Assembly (NCBI GenBank): GCA_038321755.1
Contig: JBBQFJ010000001.1
Location: 22,584 to 86,583, forward strand
Direction: 5' to 3'
From: Acidimicrobiia bacterium
GTDB taxonomy: Bacteria; Actinomycetota; Acidimicrobiia; IMCC26256; PALSA-555
Length of the DNA: 64,000 nucleotides
Position numbers and translations under genes: made by a program. Of this stretch, positions 1-9,243 are shown piece after piece; the stretch's first letter is position 1, and each line of letters starts with the position of its first letter. The notes beneath the pieces were generated by a model. It was not told the origin of the DNA and did not search any database. It saw only the letters and a list, made by a program, of their open reading frames with translations.

Positions 1-157
1 CTCCGGCGCCGTAGGTCACCGAGACGAATGAGGGTCCGAGCGGCTCGAGCTCGCGCAACGTGCGCTCGAGCGTCGCTTCGGCGTCGTCGGATCGGGGCGG
101 GAAGAACTCGAAGGACACCGCGCGACCGCGCTGCAGGATCTCGTCGATCTTTGCCAC
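1..157 (-). CDS. metF: methylenetetrahydrofolate reductase, N-terminal fragment (gene continues past the window start)
   Basis: Not in the ORF track because it has no stop in the window. Reverse-strand translation from GTG at 157 reads VAKIDEILQRGRAVSFEFFPPRSDDAEATLERTLRELEPLGPSFVSVTYGAG, which is the typical MTHFR N-terminus (SFEFFPP ... SVTYGAGG). Confidence 0.55.
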   Translation of the reverse strand, partial: MAKIDEILQRGRAVSFEFFPPRSDDAEATLERTLRELEPLGPSFVSVTYGAG

Positions 158-211
158 CCATCCAGGGTACGCGACACTCACCCCGGCACCATCACCCCGT
201 AGCCTCGCGAC

Positions 212-700
212 GTGGACTTCACCATCGAGCAGTCGCTCACCCGTCCGCCGGCAGCCGTCCAGGAGGCGCTGCTCGATCCGGCGTTCATCGCGGCTCGAGC
301 CGACCTCCCGAAGCTCGGGGACGCGGAGCTGCTCGAGTGCACGCGCGATGGCGCCACCGCGCACCTGCGCGTTCGACTCCGCTTCACGGCAGAGCTCTCC
401 CCAGCGGTCACCGCGGTCGTCGACCCGAAGAAGCTGACGTGGGTCGACGATGCTCGGTTCGATCTCGTCGCGCTGCACGCCGACCACACCATCGAACCCG
501 ACAGCTACGCCGACCGCCTGCACTCCACCTACCGCTCGAACCTCGCGCCCGACGGGTCGGGAACGAGTCGGGTGCTCACCGGCGTCGTGAAGGTGAAGAT
601 GATGCTGGTCGGGGGGAAGGTCGAGGGCGCGATCGTCTCGGGACTTCGCGACTACGCGGTCGCCGAGGCGGAGCTCCTCAACTCCTGGCTCGCGCGCTGA
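212..700 (+). CDS. SRPBCC-fold protein, DUF2505-like
   Basis: 162-aa ORF with good coding character. The N-terminus (RPPAAVQEALLDPAFIAARADL) resembles DUF2505/polyketide-cyclase-like SRPBCC proteins. GTG start. Confidence 0.6.
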   Translation: MDFTIEQSLTRPPAAVQEALLDPAFIAARADLPKLGDAELLECTRDGATAHLRVRLRFTAELSPAVTAVVDPKKLTWVDDARFDLVALHADHTIEPDSYADRLHSTYRSNLAPDGSGTSRVLTGVVKVKMMLVGGKVEGAIVSGLRDYAVAEAELLNSWLAR

Positions 701-713
701 ACGATCTCCCTGC

Positions 714-2948
714 TCATCGACGGGTGCTGCGGAAGCGGCGGAGCCGCAGCGAGTTGCTCACCACGAAGACGGACGAGAAGCCCATCGCGGCGGCCGCGAT
801 GACGGGGTTGAGGAGTCCGATCGCAGCCAGCGGGATCGCCGCGACGTTGTAGGCGAACGCCCAGAAGAGGTTCCCCTTGATGGTCGCGAACGTGCGTCGC
901 GACAGTGCGATCGCGTCGGCGGCGGCCCGCAGGTCGCCCGACACCAGGGTGAGATCGCTCGCCTCGATCGCGACGTCGGTGCCGGTCCCGATCGCGATGC
1001 CGAGATCGGCTTGCGCGAGCGCAGGAGCGTCGTTCACCCCGTCGCCCACGACCGCGACCCGATGGCCCTCGGCCTGGAGCGCTCGGACCACGTCGACCTT
1101 CTCGCTCGGCAGGACCCCGGCGATCACCCGGCCGATCCCGACCTCCTGCGCCACGGCATCGGCCGCCGCCGGCTGATCGCCCGTCACCATCACCGCGGAG
1201 ATCTCGAGCGCTGCCAACGAGGAGACAGCCTCGGCCGACGTGGGCTTGATCGTGTCGGCGACGACGAAGATGCCGCGCGCCGCGCCCTCCCAACCCGCGT
1301 ACACGAGGGTGTGGCCGCCGACGTCGGCATCGTCGGCCGCGCGCGCGAGCTCGGGCGACACCGATCCCACGAGCTCGGGACGACCGACACGGATCTCGAC
1401 GCCCTCGACGATCCCACGCGCGCCGAGTCCGGGTTCGTTCACGAACGAGGCGGGCGTGACCAGCTCCGCACCGCGCTCGAGCGCGCCGGCCGTGATCGCT
1501 CGCGCGATCGGATGTTCGGAGGCGTCCTCCACGGAGCCGGCCCGGCGGAGGAGTGCGTCGAGATCTGTGCTCTGGTCGACGACGACGTCGACCAGTCGCA
1601 TGCGCCCTTCGGTGACCGTGCCGGTCTTGTCGAGCACTGCGACATCGATCGTCTGCGTCGCCTCGAGCACCTCGCCGCCCTTGATGACGATGCCGAGCTG
1701 CGCGGCGCGACCGGTGCCGACCATGATGGCGGTCGGAGTCGCGAGGCCGAGCGCGCACGGACACGCGATGATCAGGACCGCTACCGCAGCCGTGAACGCT
1801 CGATCTGCCTCCCCGGTCGCGGCGAGCCACACCAGCAGGGTGACCACGGCGATCACCAGCACCACCGGCACGAACACCGCGGAGATCCGGTCGGCGAGTC
1901 GCTGCACGGGCGCCTTCGAGCCCTGCGCGGCTTCGACGAGTCGGGCGATATGGGCGAGCGCCGTGTGGGCGCCGACCATCGTCGCCGCCCCCACGATCCG
2001 TCCGGACGTGTTCACGGTGGCGCCGAACACCTCGTCACCGGACCGCACGTCCGCGGGCACCGGCTCGCCCGTGAGCATGGACACGTCGATCGCGGACTCA
2101 CCCTCGACGACCCGCCCGTCGGTCGCGATCTTCTCTCCCGGCCGCACGACGAACCGGTCCCCGATCCCGAGCGCCTCGACCGGGATCTCGTCGCCGTTCT
2201 CGAGCTGAGCCGTCTTGGCGCCCATCTCGAGCAGCGCGCGCAGCGCGTGGCTGGAGCGACGTCGAGCCCGGGCCTCGAAGACGCGCCCGAGCAGGAGCAA
2301 GGTGATGATCGCAGCACCCGTCTCGAAGTAGACGTGCACCTCGCCGCCGCCGCCGGAGAAGATCGACCCGAGCGACATCCCTCCCGTCTGGCCGGCCATC
2401 TGGTCGGCAGCACCGAGGAACACGAGTGCCACGACCGACCAGCCGTAGGCGGCGAGGGTGCCGACCGAGACCAGCGTGTCCATGGTCGTCGCGCCGTGAC
2501 GGAGGTTGATCAGCGTGTAGCGATGGAACGGCCAGCCGCACCAGAAGATCACTGGGGTCGCGAGAACGAGCGCGACCCATTGCCAGTCGCGGAACTGCAG
2601 CCCTGGAACCATGGAGATCGCGATGAGCGGCACGGTCAGCACGATCGCCACCACGAGACGGGGTCGCAGGTCGCGCAGCTCGGCCGCCTCGGGGTCGCGC
2701 GCCTCGACCTCGGGGACCGAGTAGCCGAGGTCGGCGACGGTCCGGGTGAGGTCGCCCCGGTGCACCGCATGAGGATCGAACGTGACGGTCGCGCGCTTCG
2801 AGGCGAAGTTCACCGACGCGTCGGTAACGCCCGTGGTCGCGCCGAGCGCCTTCTCGATGCGAGAGGCGCAGGACGCGCACGACATCCCCTCGATCGGGAG
2901 ATCGCAGCGCTCGAGGGTGGGATCGGAGGCGGAGAGTGTGGTGGACAC
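714..2948 (-). CDS. copA: copper-translocating P1B-type ATPase
   Basis: HMA domain [18 protein letters not shown] motif in [13 protein letters not shown], phosphorylation motif DKTGT, hinge [11 protein letters not shown]. The track ORF starts at a TTG at 2984. I prefer the in-frame GTG at 2948 (VSTTLSAS...) because the upstream 36 nt contain an operator-like palindrome. Confidence 0.9.
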   Translation of the reverse strand: MSTTLSASDPTLERCDLPIEGMSCASCASRIEKALGATTGVTDASVNFASKRATVTFDPHAVHRGDLTRTVADLGYSVPEVEARDPEAAELRDLRPRLVVAIVLTVPLIAISMVPGLQFRDWQWVALVLATPVIFWCGWPFHRYTLINLRHGATTMDTLVSVGTLAAYGWSVVALVFLGAADQMAGQTGGMSLGSIFSGGGGEVHVYFETGAAIITLLLLGRVFEARARRRSSHALRALLEMGAKTAQLENGDEIPVEALGIGDRFVVRPGEKIATDGRVVEGESAIDVSMLTGEPVPADVRSGDEVFGATVNTSGRIVGAATMVGAHTALAHIARLVEAAQGSKAPVQRLADRISAVFVPVVLVIAVVTLLVWLAATGEADRAFTAAVAVLIIACPCALGLATPTAIMVGTGRAAQLGIVIKGGEVLEATQTIDVAVLDKTGTVTEGRMRLVDVVVDQSTDLDALLRRAGSVEDASEHPIARAITAGALERGAELVTPASFVNEPGLGARGIVEGVEIRVGRPELVGSVSPELARAADDADVGGHTLVYAGWEGAARGIFVVADTIKPTSAEAVSSLAALEISAVMVTGDQPAAADAVAQEVGIGRVIAGVLPSEKVDVVRALQAEGHRVAVVGDGVNDAPALAQADLGIAIGTGTDVAIEASDLTLVSGDLRAAADAIALSRRTFATIKGNLFWAFAYNVAAIPLAAIGLLNPVIAAAAMGFSSVFVVSNSLRLRRFRSTRR

Positions 2949-2960
2949 GTTCTTGACTCT

Positions 2961-2977
2961 ATACCCCCATGGGGTAT
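2961..2977. promoter_or_regulatory. CsoR-type operator-like inverted repeat ATACCCC-CAT-GGGGTAT
   Basis: Perfect 7-bp arms with a 3-nt spacer, 13 nt upstream of the preferred copA start. It resembles the GC-rich ATACCCC...GGGGTAT boxes bound by CsoR-family copper repressors in Streptomyces and Bacillus. Confidence 0.5.
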
Positions 2978-3044
2978 CGGTCAAGGTCGATGTCGAGCGG
3001 CTGCTGCTGCGGCTGACGAGCTACCTGGGTGCGGCTCCGCCGCG

Positions 3045-3761
3045 TCAGGCGTCGAAGGCCCGCTTGCAGCCCTCCTGCCGCGCGCCGAGCTCTCGCACCA
3101 TCAGCGCACCGAGCACCGTCGCCGCGAACGCGGCGAGCATCGCGACGAGCGCGAGCAGGTTCTGCCCTCGCACCTCGGACAAGCTCGTCCGCACACCGCG
3201 CGCGTCACTCCCGGTCCCGATGGCCAGCGGCACGAGGAACAGACCCCACCACCAGCCGACGAGCCATGACCGCTCCGCGATCCGCCAGCGCGGATCGTCC
3301 GCAGCGATCGCCGCGTCCGCACCGCGCCACAGGTCCTGCACCACGAGCACCGGGATCACGAAGTTCGCGAGCGGGATGAACCAACCACCGATCGCCCACC
3401 CGGAACCGAAACGCTCGGGTGCCCGGCCGAGCGCCTGTTGGTTCTTCGCCGCGCGCCACAACCACGTGATGAAGCACGGGGCGAGCGCGAGCGCGATCAG
3501 ACCGAACGCGACGTTTGCCGCGGTGACGAGCGAGTCCGCGTCGGCGGCGCGCGATCCGAAGTCGAGCGCCTGGGGTCGGTCGAGCACGACCAGCCGGTTC
3601 GCGAGGGTTCCGGCGCGGAAGAGGGTGACCACACCGAGGCACCCGAACAGGATCATGACGATCCGACCGAGCACGCGCTGGTCGCGCCACCCCGGTCGGG
3701 ATGGCGTGGGCAGCTCCCACGACGACACGTCAGGCGGTCCGGCCCCGGACGTCAGCGTCAT
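3045..3761 (-). CDS. DUF4328 domain membrane protein
   Basis: 238-aa ORF with several hydrophobic helices. Contains the segment RFGSGWAIGGWFIPLANFVIPVLVVQDLWRGA, characteristic of DUF4328. Confidence 0.65.
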   Translation of the reverse strand: MTLTSGAGPPDVSSWELPTPSRPGWRDQRVLGRIVMILFGCLGVVTLFRAGTLANRLVVLDRPQALDFGSRAADADSLVTAANVAFGLIALALAPCFITWLWRAAKNQQALGRAPERFGSGWAIGGWFIPLANFVIPVLVVQDLWRGADAAIAADDPRWRIAERSWLVGWWWGLFLVPLAIGTGSDARGVRTSLSEVRGQNLLALVAMLAAFAATVLGALMVRELGARQEGCKRAFDA

Positions 3762-3844
3762 GCCCGAAGCCTAGGAGTCGGGCGAACGCCCGCGGCGGGC
3801 CTGCGAAGGGGCGCAGCGTCGGAGCGACGTGCCAGACTCCGCGC

Positions 3845-4963
3845 ATGCCTCCCGAGAAGTTCCAGTGGAAGCACCTCTACGACGAGGTGGTCACCACCGG
3901 CCTGTGCACCGGCTGTGCAGGCTGCGTGATCGTCTGCCCGCACGACGTGCTCGGTTACCGCGACGACGAGGGGATCTACAAGCCCTTCCAGACCGAGGAG
4001 GGCTTCAGCCCCGGCGACTGCTCGCACGGTCAGAAGGGCTGCACCACGTGCACCCGCGCGTGTCCGCGCTTCCGCACCTGGGAGACCGACGCCGACGAGT
4101 TCCTCTTCGGTCGCGTACGCGAGGCCGAGGAGGTCGCCGGCATCTCCAAGGACATCGTCCTCGCCCGTGCGACCGACCCGGTGCTGCACGAGGTCGGCCA
4201 GGACGGCGGGCTCGTCTCCGCGCTGCTCCTCTACGCGCTCGAGCACGACATCATCGACGCGGCACTCGTCTCGTACCTCGAGGGCGACGGCTCGACGTGG
4301 AAGGCCGTGCCGGGCGTGGCCCGCACCAAGGACGACATCATCGCGTCCGCGGGGAGCCGATACACCTACTCCGCGAACCCGCTCGCGTACTCCGACGCAG
4401 TCGAGGGTGGCGCCGAGAAGATCGCGCTCGTCGGCATGAGCTGCCAGTCTTCTTCACCCGTGATCATGAAGCAGCGCAAGGTCGGCAAGGTCGCACGACG
4501 CATCAGTCTGAACATCGGCCTGCTCTGCTCCAAGACCTTCGACGACGCCATGTTCGACGAGCTGCTCGACGCCAAGTACGGCCTCAAGCGCGCCGACATC
4601 AAGAAGATGAACATCAAGGGCAAGCTCCAGGTCTGGATGCACAACGGCGACTACCACGAGGTGCCGCTGAAGGAGTGCCACGCCTGGACGCGTGAGGGCT
4701 GCAAGATGTGCCCCGACTTCGCGGCCGAGCACGCCGACATCTCCACCGGTGGGATCGGCGCCTTCAACGACTGGACGTTGACCATCGTCCGCACCGAGAT
4801 CGGCCGCGAGCTCATGGCCGGCATGGAACGCGACGGTTGGATCGAGGTTCGCCCCGGGGACGACGACCCCGGTGCGATCGAGCTGATGCACAAGCTCTCC
4901 GCGAAGAGCCGCAAGCGCTGGCCCGAGTTCGCTGTCGCGGCGCCCCGGATGATCGGGACGTAG
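3845..4963 (+). CDS. FrhB/FdhB-family iron-sulfur flavoprotein (coenzyme F420 hydrogenase/dehydrogenase beta-subunit-like)
   Basis: N-terminal ferredoxin-like cluster motifs CTGCAGCVIVCP and CSHGQKGCTTCTRACP, followed by a region similar to FrhB_FdhB N and C domains (GMSCQ..., CSKTF, CKMCPDF). The internal ATG at 3845 was chosen; the upstream part of the track ORF is Arg/Pro-rich junk. Confidence 0.7.
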   Translation: MPPEKFQWKHLYDEVVTTGLCTGCAGCVIVCPHDVLGYRDDEGIYKPFQTEEGFSPGDCSHGQKGCTTCTRACPRFRTWETDADEFLFGRVREAEEVAGISKDIVLARATDPVLHEVGQDGGLVSALLLYALEHDIIDAALVSYLEGDGSTWKAVPGVARTKDDIIASAGSRYTYSANPLAYSDAVEGGAEKIALVGMSCQSSSPVIMKQRKVGKVARRISLNIGLLCSKTFDDAMFDELLDAKYGLKRADIKKMNIKGKLQVWMHNGDYHEVPLKECHAWTREGCKMCPDFAAEHADISTGGIGAFNDWTLTIVRTEIGRELMAGMERDGWIEVRPGDDDPGAIELMHKLSAKSRKRWPEFAVAAPRMIGT

Positions 4964-4988
4964 CGCACCGTCTCCCCCGACGACGGGA

Positions 4989-5834
4989 CTAGGTCGTCGA
5001 GGTCGTCGTCGGCAACAGCGGACCGGGCGGACTGGGCGGATCGACCTGGTCGGCGAGGTCATACAGCGTGGCCGGGTCGACCGCGTCCGGACCCGTGAAG
5101 CTGATCCCGTCGAGCGTCGACCGGTCGTAGACGAGGCGAACGACACGCGTCACGTGCTGTGGGTCGCCGGGCAGGGGATCGGGGAACGTCGCGCGGAGCA
5201 CGACCGGGCCGGCGTCCGGGAAGTTCGGGTCGCGCGTGGCGGCCCGCAGGAGCGTGAAAACGTCCTCCTGCACCGCCGCGAGCAGCTGCCCGTTCGTGGT
5301 GATGGTGGGGTCGAGGGCCCACGTGACGCGGATGAAGGCACCCAGATCGGCGTCGCGGGCGAAGTCGACGTTGACCCGTGCCGGCGTCCCCGGAGCCGGG
5401 GCGACCCCACCGTTGAGCGCGGTCTCGAGCGTGTCGTTCAGGGCCTCCTCACCCGCGGGGCGCGTCGTCGTGGTCGTGCTGCCCGGGACCGTGCTCGACG
5501 TGGTGCTCGAGCTCGACGTCGTGGGCGCTGCGGTGGGCGGCGTCGTGGGCGGCGCGGTCGGGGGCGCGGTCGGCGGGATCACGACCACGGTCGGGGGGCT
5601 CGTCGGGGGCGCGGTCGGCGGCACCGTGATCGGGGGCAGCGTCGTGCTCGTGCTCGTCGACGTCGAGCTGCTCGTGGTGGACGAGCTGCTCGTCGAGGTG
5701 CGGTCCGGGACCTGGACGCTGGTCGTGTCCTTGCCGTTGTCGCCGGACACGGCGAACGCGATCCCGACGAGGACGAGCACGCCCGCGACGGCAGCACCTC
5801 CGATCAGGAGGGCACGCTTCAGCTCCGGATCCAT
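4989..5834 (-). CDS. membrane-anchored Pro/Thr/Ser-rich protein of unknown function
   Basis: Has one N-terminal TM helix (ALLIGGAAVAGVLVLVGIAFAV), a low-complexity S/T then PPTAPPT linker, and a ~150-aa C-terminal globular part. Start set at MDPELK (aa 19 of the track ORF). Confidence 0.55.
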   Translation of the reverse strand: MDPELKRALLIGGAAVAGVLVLVGIAFAVSGDNGKDTTSVQVPDRTSTSSSSTTSSSTSTSTSTTLPPITVPPTAPPTSPPTVVVIPPTAPPTAPPTTPPTAAPTTSSSSTTSSTVPGSTTTTTRPAGEEALNDTLETALNGGVAPAPGTPARVNVDFARDADLGAFIRVTWALDPTITTNGQLLAAVQEDVFTLLRAATRDPNFPDAGPVVLRATFPDPLPGDPQHVTRVVRLVYDRSTLDGISFTGPDAVDPATLYDLADQVDPPSPPGPLLPTTTSTT

Positions 5835-5920
5835 CGGTTCGGCCACCAGGAAGAACGGTACCGACCCACGCGCCCGAAGCGGCGGCACCCCGGAGCCCCA
5901 GGCCCGCCAGCCCAGCGGTC

Positions 5921-7156
5921 ATGATGGACGTCGTGACCGATCGCCACCTGCGCTCCGAACGGATCGGACGCTTCCTGCCACCGCTCGGCAACGAGTTCAT
6001 CTCCGTCGAGGCGCTGTCGGGCATCGTGCTCTTCGTCGCCGCGGTCAGCGCGCTCGTCTGGGCGAACGTCGGCGCCGCTTCGTACGCCGACGTCTGGGGA
6101 ACGCAGCTCACCCTGGGCATCGGGTCGGCGTCGATCACGCTGACGCTCGCGGGCTGGATCACCGATGGCCTCATGACCATCTTCTTCTTCGTCGTCGGTC
6201 TGGAGATCAAGCGCGAGATCGTCGACGGCGAGCTCCGGGACCGTCGCAACGCCGTGCTGCCCGTGCTCGCGGCGCTCGGGGGGATGGTGCTCCCCGCGCT
6301 CATCTTCCTGGGGGCGAACCTGGGGGGTGCCGGCGCACACGGCTGGGGCATCCCCATGGCCACCGACATCGCGTTCTCGCTCGGCGTGCTCGCGCTGCTC
6401 GGGTCGAACGTCTCGCCCGGGGCGAAGCTCTTCCTCCTCACCCTCGCGATCGTGGACGACATCGGTGCGATCATCGTGATCGCGCTCTTCTACACGTCGG
6501 ACCTCCAACCCGTGTGGTTCATCGGCGTCGCCGTCGCGGTGGCCTTGGTGCTCGCGCTGCGACGCATCGGGTTGATGCACCCAGCCGTGTACCTCGTCCC
6601 GGCCGTGGTGCTCTGGGTGTCGCTCCACGACTCCGGGGTGCACGCGACCATCGCCGGGGTGCTGCTCGGCCTCCTCACCCCGGTGATCCCGGGAGACGAG
6701 CCGGGGCCGGCCGAACGACTCGAGCACCGCTTGCACCCGTGGTCGAGCTTCCTCGTGGTCCCGCTGTTCGCGCTCGCGAACGCGGGCGTGCTGCTCGGGG
6801 GCGACGCCATCGCACGGGCCCGCGACAGCGCAGTCACCTGGGGGATCGCCGCCGGCCTGGTTGTCGGCAAGACCGTCGGCATCACCGCGATGACCCTCCT
6901 CGGCCTTGCGCTCGGCCTCGGGCGCCTCCCCGTCGGGATGCGCCGCGTGCACGTGGTCGGCGTGGCGGCGGTCGCAGGGATCGGCTTCACCGTCTCACTC
7001 TTCGTCGCCGACCTCTCCTTCACGGGCACGCTGCTCGACGAAGCAAAGATCGGGATCCTCGGCGCGTCGGTCGTCGCCGGGATCCTCGGCGCCGTCCTGC
7101 TCCGGCTCGTCCGGCAGCCATCATCGGGCCCTACCATCGAAGCGGATGCCGGGTGA
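5921..7156 (+). CDS. nhaA: Na+/H+ antiporter NhaA
   Basis: 411 aa and polytopic. Carries NhaA-typical segments FFFVVGLEIKRE, GWGIPMATDIAF and LAIVDDIGAI. Confidence 0.9.
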   Translation: MMDVVTDRHLRSERIGRFLPPLGNEFISVEALSGIVLFVAAVSALVWANVGAASYADVWGTQLTLGIGSASITLTLAGWITDGLMTIFFFVVGLEIKREIVDGELRDRRNAVLPVLAALGGMVLPALIFLGANLGGAGAHGWGIPMATDIAFSLGVLALLGSNVSPGAKLFLLTLAIVDDIGAIIVIALFYTSDLQPVWFIGVAVAVALVLALRRIGLMHPAVYLVPAVVLWVSLHDSGVHATIAGVLLGLLTPVIPGDEPGPAERLEHRLHPWSSFLVVPLFALANAGVLLGGDAIARARDSAVTWGIAAGLVVGKTVGITAMTLLGLALGLGRLPVGMRRVHVVGVAAVAGIGFTVSLFVADLSFTGTLLDEAKIGILGASVVAGILGAVLLRLVRQPSSGPTIEADAG

Positions 7157-7505
7157 GGACCAGATCGTTGCGTTGGTGAGCGATCTGATGGATCGCAGCC
7201 GGATCAGCGCCGCGTTGCCGACGACCTCCTTCGTCAGCGCGGCCGACGCGGTCGCTGGCGCCGAGGTCGTCGTGATCGACCTCGGTCGCCACGCGGCTGC
7301 GGTCGCGCCAGCCCGGCAGGCCGCGCCGAGCGCCCTCATCGTCGCCTTCGGATCCCACGTCGACGAGGACCAGCTCACCGCCGCAGTCGCGGCCGGGGCC
7401 GATCGGGTCCTGCCCCGTTCCCGGTTCTTCCGCGATCCTGCCGGTGCGGTGGCGCCGGCCGGGAACTCCCCGACGGGTAACTCAGGCGAGCGCGACGAGG
7501 TCTGA
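7146..7505 (+). CDS. small hypothetical protein (weak receiver-domain-like pattern)
   Basis: Internal ATG at 7146 of track ORF 6906..7505, overlapping the nhaA end by 11 nt. The alternating beta/alpha pattern (IVALVSDL, VVVIDLG, LIVAFGSH) is only loosely CheY-like. Confidence 0.35.
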   Translation: MPGEDQIVALVSDLMDRSRISAALPTTSFVSAADAVAGAEVVVIDLGRHAAAVAPARQAAPSALIVAFGSHVDEDQLTAAVAAGADRVLPRSRFFRDPAGAVAPAGNSPTGNSGERDEV

Positions 7506-7510
7506 CGTCC

Positions 7511-9151
7511 ATGGTCTCTGTCGTCTCCAGGGTCGAACGCGCCGCCGAGGGCCCCGGCACCATCACGTTCCTCGGCTCCGCCGGCGCGGGCGGGCGTGAG
7601 CCCGTCTCGTGGAGCCAGCTCCACGAGGACGCCCGGGCCGTGGCCGCCGCGCTCCAGGCGCGTGGCGTCGGGCCGGGCGTGCACGTCGCGCTGCTCGGGC
7701 CGACGACCCGGGCGCTCGTCACGACGATCCAGGCGACGTGGCTCGCCGGCGGCACCCTCGTCTGCCTCCCACTCCCGATGCGACTCGGGTCGATCGAGGA
7801 GTTCGTCCAGCAGACCCGCCGCCGCATCGAGAACGCCGAGGCGGCGCTCGTCGTCGTCGACCCGGAGCTCGAGCCCTTCCTGACGGTCGAGCCCGGCGAC
7901 CCGCCGATGGTCCGACTCGACGAGCTCCACGGCAACGCGTCGACGTGGGAACGCCCGGCCGACGATCCCGAACGGCTCGCGATCATTCAGTTCACGAGTG
8001 GATCGACCGCAGACCCGAAGGGCGTGATGCTCCCGCACCGCTGTGTGGTCGACAACATCGACGCGATCGTCGAGGGCGCGGCGCTCGACCGCGACGACGT
8101 CGGCGTGTCGTGGCTGCCGCTGTACCACGACATGGGGCTCATCGGCCTGCTCATGACGCCGATGCTCACCGGCTTCGATCTCGGGCTGGCGCCGCCGCAG
8201 GACTTCCTGTCGTCGCCGGGCGACTGGATGCGCTGGGTCTCGGAGCACCACGCGACCATCACCGGCGGGCCGAACTTCTCGTACGCGCTAGCGGCGCGAG
8301 CGCTCCGGCGGCTCGACGGGCTCGATCTGTCCCGGTGGCGCGTCGCGCTCAACGGCGCGGAGCCGATCGATCCGAACTCGGTCGAAGCGTTCATCGAGTC
8401 GGGCGCCGCGCACGGTCTCGACGGGAAGGCCGCCTTCTGCGTGTACGGCATGGCGGAGGCGACGCTCGCCATCTCGTTCCCCGAGCCAGGCACCGGCATG
8501 ACCGTCGACACCGTCGATCGCTCGACACTGGAGCACGAACATCAGGCATCGCCGGTCGCGATGTCCGACTCGGCGAGACGACTCCCGTTCCTCGGACGGA
8601 CGCTGCGCGGGCTCGAGCTGCGCGTCCGCGACCCGGAGACGGGTGCACCGCGTGGGGATCGTGAGGTCGGCGAGCTCGAGCTGCGCGGGACGTCGGTGAC
8701 GCCCGGGTACTTCCGACGCGACGACGTGACCGCCGCGCTGCTCCGCGACGGATGGCTCCGCACCGGCGACCTCGGCTACCTCGTCGACGGCGAGGTGGTG
8801 GTGTGCGGGAGGATCAAGGACGTGATCATCATCGGCGGCCGCAACGTGTTCCCCGAAGAGGTCGAGCGGGCCGCGGCACACGTGGACGGCGTCCGCGCGG
8901 GCAACGTCATCGCCTTCGGCACGGCGGGCCGTCGCGGCAAGGAAGGGATCGTCGTCGTCGCCGAGACGCGCGGCGAGACCGGGAGCGCGCTCCGGGACGA
9001 CGTGATCGACCGGGTGTGCGACGCCGTCGGGATCCCTCCCCTCGAGGTCGTCCTGGTCGAGGCCGGGAGCCTCCCCAAGACGTCCTCCGGGAAGCTCCAA
9101 CGCTCGGTCTGCAAGGCCCAGTACCGGGAAGACGAGCTCAGCCGGGCCTGA
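7511..9151 (+). CDS. fatty acyl-AMP ligase (FAAL)-type adenylating enzyme
   Basis: AMP-binding motifs FTSGSTADPKG, GDLGY and GRIKDVII. The WLPLYHDMGLIG motif and overall layout are typical of FadD32-like FAALs. Confidence 0.8.
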   Translation: MVSVVSRVERAAEGPGTITFLGSAGAGGREPVSWSQLHEDARAVAAALQARGVGPGVHVALLGPTTRALVTTIQATWLAGGTLVCLPLPMRLGSIEEFVQQTRRRIENAEAALVVVDPELEPFLTVEPGDPPMVRLDELHGNASTWERPADDPERLAIIQFTSGSTADPKGVMLPHRCVVDNIDAIVEGAALDRDDVGVSWLPLYHDMGLIGLLMTPMLTGFDLGLAPPQDFLSSPGDWMRWVSEHHATITGGPNFSYALAARALRRLDGLDLSRWRVALNGAEPIDPNSVEAFIESGAAHGLDGKAAFCVYGMAEATLAISFPEPGTGMTVDTVDRSTLEHEHQASPVAMSDSARRLPFLGRTLRGLELRVRDPETGAPRGDREVGELELRGTSVTPGYFRRDDVTAALLRDGWLRTGDLGYLVDGEVVVCGRIKDVIIIGGRNVFPEEVERAAAHVDGVRAGNVIAFGTAGRRGKEGIVVVAETRGETGSALRDDVIDRVCDAVGIPPLEVVLVEAGSLPKTSSGKLQRSVCKAQYREDELSRA

Positions 9152-9243
9152 GCCCGGGCCGGATCCGGGGCCGGGCGACGCCGCGCCCGACGTCCGAGCC
9201 GCGGTTCGGCCAGAATGGTGCTCCGCCGCCCCATCGCGAGGCC

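Noticed and set aside
2949-2984. N-terminal extensions offered by the ORF track: copA from TTG at 2984, tetR from TTG at 32814, the GT-C gene from 8752, FrhB-like from 3701, and several others.
   Set aside because: The extensions are compositionally non-protein-like. They cover operator palindromes or the 3' end of the preceding gene, and better in-frame starts exist with an RBS or a stop-start overlap.
1011-3269. Very long ORFs antisense to or out of frame with real genes. Examples: 1011..3269 +, 13100..15364 -, 23162..25426 +, 41110..42894 -, 59085..61142 +, and many others in the track.
   Set aside because: Their translations are dominated by Arg/Pro/Gly/Ala/Asp runs with no recognisable motifs. 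Each overlaps a gene with clear family signatures in another frame. This is the usual stop-codon-poor artefact of ~70% GC DNA.
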